A stretch of 64,000 nucleotides of DNA from an uncultured Latescibacterota bacterium (GCA_951813615.1 OX638377.1:3434599-3498598); one strand, 5' to 3'; positions 47,957-58,558 are shown, numbered from the stretch's first letter. Notes: generated from the letters alone by a model not told the origin. Numbers and translations: made by a program.

Positions 47957-49383
47957 GTGAGACAGTGGCAGCCCCAGCACCCAACACCCAATGGCGTAAT
48001 CACCACCCAACGTCCCATCATCACTTCGCCATCGAGCGGCGGACCGTTGCCACCCCCATCGACTCCCACGGCCCACGGCCCAGAGGGTGCCAAGGCCACC
48101 GACTGCCTCACTACTCATGGTAAACTCACTTCCTGTCGTCGCGCATCGTTAGCGGCTGTGGTCCGAATTAGACCTCCATCGCCGCGCCGCGAACTCATTC
48201 CGACTGCGCCTTGCAGCGACCCGTCCACTTTGTGGATAGGGTCGTCCGCCACGCCGGGGAAGTAGCGCTCTACGGGCGACCAGTCGGAACTGGCAACGAT
48301 CGTGGGCACCGACCCGACGAATCCAGTGTCCGTGCCTCCCTCGTCGATGCTAATGCCGTTCGCATCGACATCGTCAAATTCCACCTGATAGCGGTATACT
48401 AATCGGTTGGTGTCGGAGCCGGACAGGTACTCTGCCACGCGGGTGTTGAGGTCGTTGGCAGCATCGCCGACCCGAATGACAATCCAAGAGTCGTCCTCGG
48501 GCACGTACACGTCCGTGTTGAACGTCAAGGCGATGTCAATGTTCTCGCCATAGTGATAAGTGCGACCGTTGACTGGTGTCGATATGATCTCGGTCTTGTA
48601 GGCGCGGTGCGGACTGGGACGGCCCTCGACCCGTATCCTGAGAGTCTTGTTGGGATCTCTTTCCCACTTGATACCGCCAGCGCTCCGCAAGCCGAGATAA
48701 TTGTGGAGGGCCCATCCCTCTTTGGCCTCTGAATCTTCTCTGAAGCTGTAGGTTGTAGTGAATTGAGCGACGTTGCCGTTTGCGTGACCTGCGCCGCAAT
48801 TGAGAAGCAAGTAGTAATCCGCGCTCGGCTCTAAATAGGTGTTCTCCGGTGCCTGCCATTCATTGTGTGCAAAGTCGTCCAAGCGACTTCTGGTCAGATC
48901 AGCTACCTTGGTGATAAGGTAGCCCTCGCGGTGATAGAGGCCCGCGTTTATCGTCCTGTACCGGCTCTCATTCGCAGCGCGCACATCTAGCGAAATATCC
49001 GTCAATTCATACCCACCCTGATTCGGGCCGGTTCTAAACCCCTGATACAGTCCGTCCTGATTCTCACACAGGGTTACGATTCTGTCTGATCCTGAAGATT
49101 GCTGCATATTCGTCACGAGTATGGTAATCGGCGAATCGTATTCAGCGCGTGCAGTCACGGCGACGACAAGTGCAGCGGCCACAGCCAAAATCACCGCTCC
49201 AGTCCGGTGCCAGCCACCCTGGGGCTTGGCGGACACGTGGTCTTGCCGTTGCCACAGTCGAACCCGGCGTCTGATATTCAGCCCCCTGAGGTCGCGACGG
49301 CTTGTCGCCCGCCGTTGTAAGGTCCCTCCCCCAACATCTGCCACTATCCGCCTGTCAAGCTTGTCACCCAGCACAGTTATCAT
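47957..49383 (-). pseudogene. Decayed autotransporter-like adhesin (array unit 1)
   Basis: ORF 49383-48115 keeps the signal, N-domain and one Ig-like repeat; 47957-48215 is a frameshifted remnant of the barrel (GGLGTLW, DYAIG.WVLGLPLSH). Confidence 0.85.
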
Positions 49384-49445
49384 GACCGGCCTCCCTCTCT
49401 TGCATTGCCAGCTAAGATGAAAAACTCCTCTCTGCCAATGCTTAT

Positions 49446-49462
49446 TGCATAAACCGTGCCAA
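49446..49462 (-). promoter_or_regulatory. Sigma54 (-24/-12) promoter, unit 1
   Basis: TTGGCACGGTTTATGCA (GG-N10-GC) ~63 nt upstream of the ATG. Confidence 0.85.
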
Positions 49463-49479
49463 ACTTTTAGTGGACGGCC

Positions 49480-49492
49480 TAAGTCATTTATA
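49480..49492 (-). promoter_or_regulatory. IHF-like site (similar in all four units)
   Basis: TATAAATGACTTA, one mismatch to WATCAANNNNTTR, between the promoter and the putative enhancer. Confidence 0.5.
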
Positions 49493-49655
49493 AAAAGGAT
49501 GTTAGGAAAATTAATGCGGGAAGATGAAGAGTGCCGAAATGATGCGGAATTAAACAACTTGCAAGATGCAGAATGAAAAGAAGAGGCGTCTAACTATCTG
49601 AAATCGCGTTAGTTATGGCGCGATTTGCGGTATTTACAGCGGTAACCGCTTACTA

Positions 49656-49674
49656 TTGCAACAGTTGCAACAGT
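49656..49674. promoter_or_regulatory. Putative bEBP enhancer (UAS), unit 1
   Basis: ttgcaacagttgcaacagt ~200 bp upstream of the sigma54 promoter; also at 53060-53077, 58313-58331 and 61772-61790. Confidence 0.55.
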
Positions 49675-49772
49675 CAATTCGGAACGGAGAGGTATTGACC
49701 TAGATTGTCAGCTTGGTCTCTGCCCGGCTGGCAGGTAGGTCGATGATATCTTCCGTAGGTTCCAAAATTGCA

Positions 49773-49808
49773 GACGGGGTCTTCGTCGATGGTGACGAAG
49801 ACCCCGTC
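49773..49808. terminator. Strong hairpin downstream of unit 2
   Basis: gacggggtcttcgtc-gatggt-gacgaagaccccgtc, perfect 15-bp stem, no U-tract. Confidence 0.6.
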
Positions 49809-49843
49809 GGGTATGGGCCACATGCACGTCTGCCGCTAGCGCT

Positions 49844-52789
49844 CTATGGCGCTGAGAGCGCCAAGTGCAGCATGACCTCGCGGTCCGGTGCCCTGTTGTC
49901 GACAGTGCTCTCGCGCTGCGTCCCCTCAATACCCATCTCCAGCCCTTCCCAGCGCAATAACTCCAGCCGATAGCCCATACGTACCTCGCGGAAGGCCTCA
50001 GACTGCCCCACCCGTAGGTAGGGCGTTCCCGTAGCCCGACCACCGAACACCGCCAGCCCGTAGGCCGCCTCCGCGTCAAGACGACCAGCCGACGCAATCG
50101 CGTCGTTCGCCGCCAGTCCCACCAGCGTCTCCCGCCCCAACAGCGCCGCCACACCGCCCGAGGACACCCCTCCCCAGGACGGCGTCAGCGCCACGGCCGG
50201 ACCCAGCGCCGAAGACGGCGTCGAATCGAAGCGCAGCGACCCTGATACCCTCCAGTCCCGAAAGTCCGAAGTCTCGTGCGCCACCAAGCCACGCACCATC
50301 ACCTGCGCCATCAGCCCCCGCGCCGCATCGGCAAAGACCGTACCGCCGCCTACCTCCACCCCAAAGCCCGTCTCTGCGTCGCCGCCGTCATGGCGCAACC
50401 CCAACTCGACCGTCGGTGTCAGCAACCCACCGCCTAGCGCAAGATCCAAGGACCCCTCCAGCCCCAAGCGCAGGCGGCTCACATCCGCCACCGCCGCGGC
50501 CAGCAGGCCCGACGGATCCACTGCCGCCGCCGAGGTCGTGCGCACCAACAGCGCATCCGACTCAACCGCCAGCGACAGACCGCCGGCTTGCCGTGCGGAG
50601 ACGAGGTCGCCCCGCACTCCGACCGCAGCCATCGTCAGACCCATAGCGGTGTGGTGAGACTCCCCGTCCTTCATCATCAATGCCAAGTCACCCTGACCGT
50701 AACCTGCCGTACCCCACAGCGACAGCCGCTCCGTCAGTTCGTAGCCGGCATAGGGATACAGGCCCGTCAGCGACGACGCCATGCGTCCTTGGCCGCGATC
50801 CGCCGAACGCCAGTTACCGTCCCCCCTGCTGTGAGACAGTGGCAGCCCCACCACCCAGCGCCCAACGGCGTAATCAGCACCCAACATCCCTGTCGTCACG
50901 CCGCCATCAAGCGAGAGACCGTTAGCACTCCCGCCAAAGCCCGAATACCCCCCACGGCCCCAAAGGGTACCAAGGCCACCGACTGTTTCACTACCCACGG
51001 TAAACGCACTTCCCGCCATGAGGTCGCGCATCGTCAGCGACTGCGGCCCGAACTGGACCTCGGTCGCCTCGTCGCGGTTCCATTCCGACTGCGGCTTGAA
51101 GCGATCCTGTGCGGTGACTTCACCTATGCCGCTGAGATCATGGCCCGCAACAGTAGCCTTAATCCCCGCCTCGTGCGGTGCCCTCAGACGCGCCTGCACG
51201 CCGTCGAGCACGCGCTGTGCCACAGTGCGACCAAAGCGCGCCAGCCAAGCTTGTTGCAACGGATCTTCGTTCTCGATCGTGCCCGTCGCCGTGTCGTCCG
51301 CAATACGCGCCCCCGAGGCATTGCTCAAGGTCAGCGTCAGGGTCTCCTCGCCCTCGTCGTGGGCATCGTCGAGCACCGCGACTGAAACCGTCTTCTGCGT
51401 CTCGCCCGCGGCGAAGGTGAGTGTCCCCTCTGCGGCCGTGTAGTCTTGGCCCGCCTGGGCGGTGCCGTCTGCGGTCGCGTAGTCCACCGTCACCGTCTCC
51501 GAGGCCGCCCGGTTCAGCATCACCGTGAATTCGAGCGTTGCGTCCGCCGCCTCCGTCGTCCGCGCATCCGCAATTGACAGCGCCGCTGCCCTTCCGGCGA
51601 TGCAGTGGGCCGACCCGTCCTCCAGGACGGTACAGTGGACCGACCCATCCACCTTGTGGCTAGGGTCATCGGCCACACCGGGGTAATAGCGATCTACGGG
51701 CAACAAGCCTAAACTAGCGACGAGCGTGGGCACCCATCCAACGAATCCGGTGTCCGGCCCGCCCTCGTCAACGCTAAGGCCGTTTGCGTCGGCATCGTTG
51801 AGTTGCACCTCATAGCGGTAGATCAACTGAGTCGTGAAGGAGCCGGACAGGTAGGCTGCCTGGCCAGCCACATCGCCGACCTGAATGCCAATGGACGATT
51901 CGCCCTGCACGTACACGGGCGTGTTGAACGTCAGGGCGATATCGATGTTTTCTCCTACTAGGTAGGTGTCCCCGTTTGTCGGCGTCGATACGATCTCGGT
52001 CTGGTAGGCGCGGTGGTAACTGGGACGTCCCTTGACCTCTATCTTGAGAATCAAGCGAGAGCCCCATTTCCACTCGGGATCACCCGCGGTCCGAAAGCCG
52101 CAATGATCGTGGATTTCCCATCCTTCTTCGGCCCCGGGGTCGTCTTCACTGCTGTAGGTCGTGAGGAATTGGGCCACGTTGTCATTGGCGCAACCTGCCG
52201 TGCAATCAAGCAGGAAGTAATACTCCGTGTCCGGCTCCAGATAGGTATTTTCAGGTGCCCACCACTCATTGGCCGCAAAGTCGTTCAACTGGCCTCTGGT
52301 GAGCTTGGCGACGCGGGTGAAGCCGGATTCGTCCCAGAGGTAGATGCCTGCGTCTATCGTCATGTATCGGCTCTCATGGGTGTCGTGCACATGCAGCACA
52401 ATGCTCGTCAATTCATACCCCCCGAGATTGGGGCCGGTTCTGAATGCCTGATTAAGTCCGTCCTGAGACGCATCCAGCAACACAACTCTCCCCGATGATG
52501 GTTGGTCGGTATTCTTCGCCAGCGTTCTGATCGGCGGATCATACTCCTGAGCAGGGGCAGTCGCCGCGATCACAAGGACGCTGGCTGCCGCCAGCAGCAC
52601 CGCTCCAATCCGCCATGCGCCGCCTTGCGGTCTGGCCGACCCATGGTCTTGCCGTTGCCATAGTCGAACCCGACGCCCGATATTCAACCCTCTGAGGCCG
52701 CGATGGCATGTCGCCCGCCGTTGTGAGTCCTCTGCCCCAGCATCTGCCACCACCCGCTTGTCAAGCTTGTCAATCAGCACAGTTATCAT
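49844..52789 (-). CDS. Autotransporter-like adhesin with Ig-like and Calx-beta domains (unit 2)
   Basis: AGGAGG RBS; long signal; TVDYATADGTAQAGQDY...DDAHDEGEETLTL (Calx-beta); WLARFGRTVA linker; C-terminal barrel with GADY, GLYPY and LRHDGGDAETG. Confidence 0.85.
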   Translation of the reverse strand: MITVLIDKLDKRVVADAGAEDSQRRATCHRGLRGLNIGRRVRLWQRQDHGSARPQGGAWRIGAVLLAAASVLVIAATAPAQEYDPPIRTLAKNTDQPSSGRVVLLDASQDGLNQAFRTGPNLGGYELTSIVLHVHDTHESRYMTIDAGIYLWDESGFTRVAKLTRGQLNDFAANEWWAPENTYLEPDTEYYFLLDCTAGCANDNVAQFLTTYSSEDDPGAEEGWEIHDHCGFRTAGDPEWKWGSRLILKIEVKGRPSYHRAYQTEIVSTPTNGDTYLVGENIDIALTFNTPVYVQGESSIGIQVGDVAGQAAYLSGSFTTQLIYRYEVQLNDADANGLSVDEGGPDTGFVGWVPTLVASLGLLPVDRYYPGVADDPSHKVDGSVHCTVLEDGSAHCIAGRAAALSIADARTTEAADATLEFTVMLNRAASETVTVDYATADGTAQAGQDYTAAEGTLTFAAGETQKTVSVAVLDDAHDEGEETLTLTLSNASGARIADDTATGTIENEDPLQQAWLARFGRTVAQRVLDGVQARLRAPHEAGIKATVAGHDLSGIGEVTAQDRFKPQSEWNRDEATEVQFGPQSLTMRDLMAGSAFTVGSETVGGLGTLWGRGGYSGFGGSANGLSLDGGVTTGMLGADYAVGRWVVGLPLSHSRGDGNWRSADRGQGRMASSLTGLYPYAGYELTERLSLWGTAGYGQGDLALMMKDGESHHTAMGLTMAAVGVRGDLVSARQAGGLSLAVESDALLVRTTSAAAVDPSGLLAAAVADVSRLRLGLEGSLDLALGGGLLTPTVELGLRHDGGDAETGFGVEVGGGTVFADAARGLMAQVMVRGLVAHETSDFRDWRVSGSLRFDSTPSSALGPAVALTPSWGGVSSGGVAALLGRETLVGLAANDAIASAGRLDAEAAYGLAVFGGRATGTPYLRVGQSEAFREVRMGYRLELLRWEGLEMGIEGTQRESTVDNRAPDREVMLHLALSAP

Positions 52790-52847
52790 GACCGGCCTCC
52801 TTCTCTTTATGCCAGCTAGGATGAAAACTCCTCTCTGCCAATGCTTA

Positions 52848-52864
52848 TGCATAAACCGTGCCAA
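52848..52864 (-). promoter_or_regulatory. Sigma54 promoter, unit 2
   Basis: TTGGCACGGTTTATGCA. Confidence 0.85.
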
Positions 52865-53175
52865 GTTTTTAGTAGATGGACTAAGTCCTTTATATAAAGG
52901 ATGTTGGGATAATTGATGCGGAAGGATGGACGGTTCTCGAAATGATGCAGAATGAAACAGTTTACATGACGCAGGATGAAAAGGAGAGGTGGCTAACTCT
53001 CTGAAATCGCGTTAGTTATGGCGTGATTTGCGTCATTTACAGCGGCAACTGTTTAATAGTGCAACAGTTGCAACAGTCAATTCGGAACGGAGAGGTATTG
53101 GCCTGGATGTTGGCTTGGTCCTTACCCGGCTGGCAGGTAGGTTGATGATATCTTCTGTAGGTTCCAAACTTGCGA

Positions 53176-53209
53176 ACGGGGTCTTCGTCGATGGTGACGA
53201 AGACCCCGT
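53176..53209. terminator. Strong hairpin downstream of unit 3
   Basis: acggggtcttcgtc-gatggt-gacgaagaccccgt. Confidence 0.6.
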
Positions 53210-53244
53210 CGGGTATGGGCCCATGCACGTTTGCCGCTAGCGCT

Positions 53245-56200
53245 CTATGGTGCTGAGAGCGCCAAGTGCAGCATGACCTCGCGGTCTGGTGCCATGTTGT
53301 CGACGGTGCTGTTGCGCTGCGTCCCTTCGATACCCATCTCCAGCCCTTCCCAGCGCAATAACTCCAGCCGATAGCCCATACGTACCTCGCGGAAGGCCTC
53401 AGACTGCCCCACCCGTAGGTAGGGCGTTCCCGTAGCCCGACCACCGAACACCGCCAGCCCGTAGGCCGCCTCCGCGTCAAGACGACCAGCCGACGCTGCC
53501 TCGTTCGCCGCCAGCCCCACCAGCGTTTCGCGCCCGAGGAGCGCTGCCACACCACCCGAAGACGGCGCACCCCAAGACGGCGTTAGCGCCACGGCCGGAC
53601 CCAGCGCCGAAGACGGCGTCGAATCGAAGCGCAGCGCCCCCGATACCCGCCAGTCCCGAAAGTCCGAAGTCTCGTGCGCCACCAAGCCACGCACCATCAC
53701 CTGCGCCATCAGCCCCCGCGCCGCATCGGCAAAGACCGTACCGCCGCCTACCTCCACCCCAAAGCCCGTCTCCGCGTCGCCGCCGTCGTGGCGCAGACCC
53801 AACTCTATAGTCGGCGTCAGCGACCTGCCGCCTGCAAGTGCCAAATCTAGGGAACCCTCCAGCCCCAGGCGCAGGCGGCTCACATCCGCCACCGCCGCGG
53901 CCAGCAGGCCCGACGGATCCGCCGCCGCCGCCGAGGTCGTGCGCACCAACAGCGCATCTGACTCGACCGTCAGCGACAGACCGCCGGCTTGCCGCGCGGA
54001 TACGAGATCACCCCGCACACCGGCCGCCGCCATCGTCAGATCCATAGTGGTGTGGTATGACTCTCCCTCCTGCATCATCAACCCTAGGTCACCCTGACCG
54101 TAACCTGCCGTACCCCACAGCGACAGACGCTCCGTCAGCTCGTAGCCGACATAGGGATACAGACCCGTCAGCGACGACGCCATGCGGCCTTCGCCGCGAT
54201 CCACCGAATGCCAACTCCCGTCCCCCCTGCTGTGAGACAGCGGCAGCCCCAGCACCCAGCGCCCAATCGCGTAATCCGCACCAAACATCCCCGTCGTCAC
54301 GCCGCCATCAAGCGCCAGACCGTTAACACTCCCATCAAAACCCGAATACGTCCCACGACCCCAGAGGGTGCCAAGACCGCCGACTGTCTCACTGCCCAAG
54401 GTAAATCCACTGCCCGTCATGAGGTCACGCCTCGTCAGAGACTGTGGTCTGAACTGTGCCCCAGTCGCCTCGTCGCGGCTCCATTCCGACTGCGTCTTGA
54501 AGCGATCCTGCGCGACTTCATCTGCACCGCTCAGGTCATAGCCCGCAACGGTAGCCTTAATCCCCGACTGGTGTGGTGCCCGCAGACGCGTCTGAACACC
54601 TTCGAGCACGCGCTGGGCCGTAGTGCGACCAAAGCGCGCCAGCCAAGCCTGCTGCAACGGATCTTCGTTCTCGATCGTGCCCGTCGCCGTATCGTCCGCA
54701 ATATCCACCCCCGAAGCGTTGCTCAAGGTCAGCGTCAGGGTCTCCTCGCCCTCGTCGTGGGCGTCGTCGAGCACCGCGACCGAAACCGTCTTTTGCGTCT
54801 CGCCCGCCGCGAAGGTGAGCGTTCCATCCGCAGCCGTGTAGTCTTGTCCTGCCTGTGCGGTCCCATCCACCGTCGCGTAGTCCACCGTCACCGCCTCTGA
54901 GGCCGCTCGGCTCAACGTCACCGTGAATGCGAGCGTGGCGTCTGCCTCCTCCATCGCCCGCGCATCCGCAACCCCTACTTGAGGCGTTGCCACGATCTGC
55001 AGTGAGCTAGCCACCTCGTTGTCGATTTCGACGATCACGACGTCGGGCAGTTCGACGTGTTCGCGGCCAGGGCCATCGGTAGACAAGTAGTGGTGGAAGC
55101 GACGCTCGCCACTGGACGTGTCGTTGTCCTGTCGGGCCTCCACCGTCACCGGAAAGGCTTCCTCCCAGTGATGGACATCCGACGAGGTCGCATCCTCGTC
55201 CGGCGAGAACCGCCAAGATTGCTCGCCGAGTGCGACCAGATCGGAGTCGCCGTCGTCTGGTTCCCAAGAGAGGACTACCCACTCTACCGGTCGCCGGTCG
55301 AGCTTGAGTTGGTAGGTCACTTGCTCCCCTTCGCGGACCTCAAGCCGTAAATCGGTGAGCGGGTTGCCGTCGCGGTCGAGAAACGCGACACCCACTTCGT
55401 CGTTGTCGACGATGGCGATTCTGGACTGACACGGGCCGCCGCACTCCGTCCGGTTGGAATCGCGCACTTGAACCTGGTCACTGAGCGAACGATCCCGCGC
55501 TAGCGTTACCATAAAAAGCTCTTCGAGTTCGTCCTCCGCGTCGTCGATCAGCGGCACCTCAATGCTCTTGTGTGCGACCCATCGACCGTCGGCGGATGAG
55601 AATTCCTCCGGCGTGAAGGCCACGGTTTCGCTAACGGAGGCATAATCCACATCGGCCACCGCCGTCGCGCTTTCCGTCGATAGGGTCACTTCGTGGCTCC
55701 GATTTGGTGGCGGAAATCCCCGCTGGGTCTCCATGATGACCTCGACGCTCGCTGCCGCGCCGGTCGCGCCCTCGTCAAAGCGGTACAGGGGCTGGCCCAG
55801 CCGCGCGATCAACGCGGGATTGCCCACCGCCATGCGCACGCTGGCCGCCGCCGGAGCCCCGATGTGGTAGCCAGCCCCCTCAATCACCGTAGCCGTAAGC
55901 GTACCGCTCTGGATCACTCGCTCGTTTTGTTGACTGGCATCAATACGCAGCTCAGCGGCAGTTGCGTTGGCGGGAAACTCGACGCTCTGCATGAGGTCGT
56001 CGGTGTTCAAGAACGACTGCTCCTGTGTCAGCTTGACGTTGACCACAATCGCCTGATCCGACGCCTCGGCCAGCGTCAGGTTGAAAACCACATCGTCTAA
56101 CACGGCGATGTAGGCGTCCCTGCCCGCGCGAATCGTCACCGTCTGTCCCGTCGCCGCCCCGTCGTCGTCGGCAATGGTCACCGTGGCGGTAGCCTGACTT

Positions 56201-58044
56201 CCGGCGCGTATCCCGGCAGGCAGGGTTCCAAAGGAAAGCTCCAAGCTCTCACCGTCGTCGTCTTCGCTGTCGTCGACCGCAGTCACCGTGAAGCTCTGCG
56301 AGGTCTCGCCCCGCGCAAACGTGAGGCGGGTTGTAGACAGAGTGTAGTCGTCGATGGTAGCTCCATCGCCTACAGCGGCGATGATGGGGATAGTCACCGA
56401 GCGGTCGGGGTCCGGATCCAGCTCCACAGTCACCGTCGCCGCCGCTCCGCCCTCGGAGACAGTGAAGGCGTCCACGTCGAACGAAACATCTGCCGATCGA
56501 TCTACCTTGTGACTGGCGTCGGCAGCTACGCCGGGGTAGTCTCGGGATGTCGGGAATGAACCCAGATCGAGGTTGGCCGTGGGGAGTGATCCGCCGAAGC
56601 CCGAGTGTGCCCCTCCCACATCGACGCTGATGCCGTTCGCATCGAAATCAGTAAACTGCACGCGGTAGCGGTACACCAGCCGCTTCGTGCCAGAGCCGGA
56701 TACGTAGTGTGCCGACCGATAGTTGGAGCCGTCGTCTCCGACCCGAATGCCAATGACCGAGTCGTCCGATCCGACAAACGCCTCGGCGGAAAACGTCAGA
56801 GTGACGTCGATGCCCTCGCCGAGCCGGTAGCCATTCCCGTGGGCGGGTCTTGAGGTAATCTCCACATCCGTGACCTGGAGCGATCCGTCCACTTTGTGCT
56901 TGCGGCTGTCCTTCACGCCGGGGAAATAGCGATCTACCGGCAACAAGCCAAAACTGGGGGCAGTTGTGGGGAGTGGTCCGACAAAGCCGGTGTCCGCCCC
57001 CCCCGCATCGACGCTGATGCCGTTGGCGTCGGCATCGCCAATCTGCACTTGGTATCGGTACACCAGCCGATTCGTGCTGGTGCCAGACTGGTAGACTGCC
57101 GTGCGGTAGGTGGGGCCGTCGGCCGCTTCGCCAACTCGAATGCCGATGGTAGACTCGCCATAGAGTGACGAGTACACGTCCGTGTTGAACGTCAAGGCAA
57201 TATCGATGTTCTCACCATACAGATAGGTTTCCCCGTTTACCGGCGTCGATACGATCTCCGTCTTGTACGCACGGTGGGGACTTGCACGCCCCTTGACCCG
57301 TATCCTGAGAACCGCGCTGGGATCGTGATACCATTTGTCGTCAGGTCTCCGAAAGCCCAAGCGATTGGCAAGAGACCATCCCTCTTCGGCCCCCGAATCT
57401 TCACCAAAGCTGTAGGTAACACCGAATTGGGCGACGTTGTCATTTTCACAACCCTCGATACAATCAAGCAGGAAATAGTAGGTCGTATTCGGCTTCAGAT
57501 AGGTATCGGCGGGGGCCAGCCACTCATTTTTCGCAAAGTCGTTCAAGGAACCCGCTCTAATGAGGTCGGCGACCTTGGTGTCACCGTGGTACAGGCCTGC
57601 GAGAATCGTCATGTACCGGCTCTCATGCGTATCTCGCACATACAGCAAGATGCTCGTCAGTTCGTATCCACCCGGATTTGGGCCGGTTGTGAACTCCTGA
57701 TACAGTCCATCCTGGCTCTTACACAGAGTCACCAACTTGTCTGACCCTGAAGATTGATACATGTTCGTCACGAGTGTGGTAATGGGCGGATCATAAAACT
57801 CCTGCGCGGGCGCGGGCACGCCGGAGACAAGCACGCTAGCCGTCGCCAGCAGCACCGCCCCAATCCGCCGTGCGCCGCCTTGAGGTCTGGCCGACACATG
57901 GTCTTGCCGTTGCCATAGCCGAACCCGGTGCCCGATATCCAACCTCCTGAAGCCGCGACGGCTTGTCGCCCGCCGTTGTGAATCCCCTGCCTCCGCATCT
58001 CCCACCACCCGCTTGTCAAGCTTGTCAATCAGCACAGTTGTCAT
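53245..58044 (-). CDS. Large autotransporter-like adhesin with two Ig-like and multiple Calx-beta-like domains (unit 3)
   Basis: Same termini as units 2 and 4, with ~620 extra aa of Ig/Calx-beta-like repeats (AVDDSEDDDGE, LIDDAEDELEE). Confidence 0.85.
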   Translation of the reverse strand: MTTVLIDKLDKRVVGDAEAGDSQRRATSRRGFRRLDIGHRVRLWQRQDHVSARPQGGARRIGAVLLATASVLVSGVPAPAQEFYDPPITTLVTNMYQSSGSDKLVTLCKSQDGLYQEFTTGPNPGGYELTSILLYVRDTHESRYMTILAGLYHGDTKVADLIRAGSLNDFAKNEWLAPADTYLKPNTTYYFLLDCIEGCENDNVAQFGVTYSFGEDSGAEEGWSLANRLGFRRPDDKWYHDPSAVLRIRVKGRASPHRAYKTEIVSTPVNGETYLYGENIDIALTFNTDVYSSLYGESTIGIRVGEAADGPTYRTAVYQSGTSTNRLVYRYQVQIGDADANGISVDAGGADTGFVGPLPTTAPSFGLLPVDRYFPGVKDSRKHKVDGSLQVTDVEITSRPAHGNGYRLGEGIDVTLTFSAEAFVGSDDSVIGIRVGDDGSNYRSAHYVSGSGTKRLVYRYRVQFTDFDANGISVDVGGAHSGFGGSLPTANLDLGSFPTSRDYPGVAADASHKVDRSADVSFDVDAFTVSEGGAAATVTVELDPDPDRSVTIPIIAAVGDGATIDDYTLSTTRLTFARGETSQSFTVTAVDDSEDDDGESLELSFGTLPAGIRAGSQATATVTIADDDGAATGQTVTIRAGRDAYIAVLDDVVFNLTLAEASDQAIVVNVKLTQEQSFLNTDDLMQSVEFPANATAAELRIDASQQNERVIQSGTLTATVIEGAGYHIGAPAAASVRMAVGNPALIARLGQPLYRFDEGATGAAASVEVIMETQRGFPPPNRSHEVTLSTESATAVADVDYASVSETVAFTPEEFSSADGRWVAHKSIEVPLIDDAEDELEELFMVTLARDRSLSDQVQVRDSNRTECGGPCQSRIAIVDNDEVGVAFLDRDGNPLTDLRLEVREGEQVTYQLKLDRRPVEWVVLSWEPDDGDSDLVALGEQSWRFSPDEDATSSDVHHWEEAFPVTVEARQDNDTSSGERRFHHYLSTDGPGREHVELPDVVIVEIDNEVASSLQIVATPQVGVADARAMEEADATLAFTVTLSRAASEAVTVDYATVDGTAQAGQDYTAADGTLTFAAGETQKTVSVAVLDDAHDEGEETLTLTLSNASGVDIADDTATGTIENEDPLQQAWLARFGRTTAQRVLEGVQTRLRAPHQSGIKATVAGYDLSGADEVAQDRFKTQSEWSRDEATGAQFRPQSLTRRDLMTGSGFTLGSETVGGLGTLWGRGTYSGFDGSVNGLALDGGVTTGMFGADYAIGRWVLGLPLSHSRGDGSWHSVDRGEGRMASSLTGLYPYVGYELTERLSLWGTAGYGQGDLGLMMQEGESYHTTMDLTMAAAGVRGDLVSARQAGGLSLTVESDALLVRTTSAAAADPSGLLAAAVADVSRLRLGLEGSLDLALAGGRSLTPTIELGLRHDGGDAETGFGVEVGGGTVFADAARGLMAQVMVRGLVAHETSDFRDWRVSGALRFDSTPSSALGPAVALTPSWGAPSSGGVAALLGRETLVGLAANEAASAGRLDAEAAYGLAVFGGRATGTPYLRVGQSEAFREVRMGYRLELLRWEGLEMGIEGTQRNSTVDNMAPDREVMLHLALSAP

Positions 58045-58101
58045 GACCGGTCTCCTTCTCTTGCGTGTTAGGATGAAAAACTTCCTCTCTGCCAATGCTT
58101 A

Positions 58102-58118
58102 TGCACAAACCGTGCCAA
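58102..58118 (-). promoter_or_regulatory. Sigma54 promoter, unit 3
   Basis: TTGGCACGGTTTGTGCA. Confidence 0.85.
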
Positions 58119-58388
58119 ACCCGTAGCGGATGGACTAAGTCATTTATATAAAGGAAGTTAGGAACATTGATGCGGACGGACGGACCGTTCCCGAAATGAT
58201 GCAGAACGAAACAATTCGAGAGACGCAGAATGAAAAGGAGAGGCGGCTAACTATCTGAAATTGCGTTACTTATGGCGCAGCTTGCGGCATTTGCAGCGGC
58301 GACTGTTTACTATTGCAACAGTTGCAACAGTCGGTTCGGATGGAGAGGATTGGCCTAGATTGTCGGCCTAGTTGCTGCCTAAGCAGTG

Positions 58389-58456
58389 TATGAAGAGCCG
58401 TTTGGCTTGCCGTTCGGATGACCATATAAGGGGCCAAGCCAAGCGGGCAGGTAGGT
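58389..58456 (+). repeat. Duplicated 3' end of the aldo/keto reductase gene
   Basis: tatgaagagccgtttggcttgccgtt is identical to 47891-47916; similarity continues to the TAG stop. Confidence 0.9.
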
Positions 58457-58489
58457 TGATGATATCTTCTGCAGGTTCCAAACTTGCGA

Positions 58490-58523
58490 ACGGGGTCTTC
58501 GTCGATAATGACGAAGACCCCGT
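58490..58523. terminator. Strong hairpin downstream of unit 4
   Basis: acggggtcttcgtc-gataat-gacgaagaccccgt. Confidence 0.6.
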
Positions 58524-58558
58524 CGGGTATGGGCCCATGCACGCCTGCCGCTAGCCCT

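Noticed and set aside
49384..49557. Longer ORF-track starts for the adhesins (49557, 52864, 58095, 61567)
   Set aside because: They overlap or lie immediately next to the sigma54 promoters; the conserved RBS-ATG (MIT/MTT) is the common start.
49773..58523. Repeated hairpins as integron attC sites or IS ends
   Set aside because: Perfect stems without extrahelical bases, no clear RYYYAAC/GTTRRRY boxes, no integrase or transposase, and the cassettes carry their own promoters.
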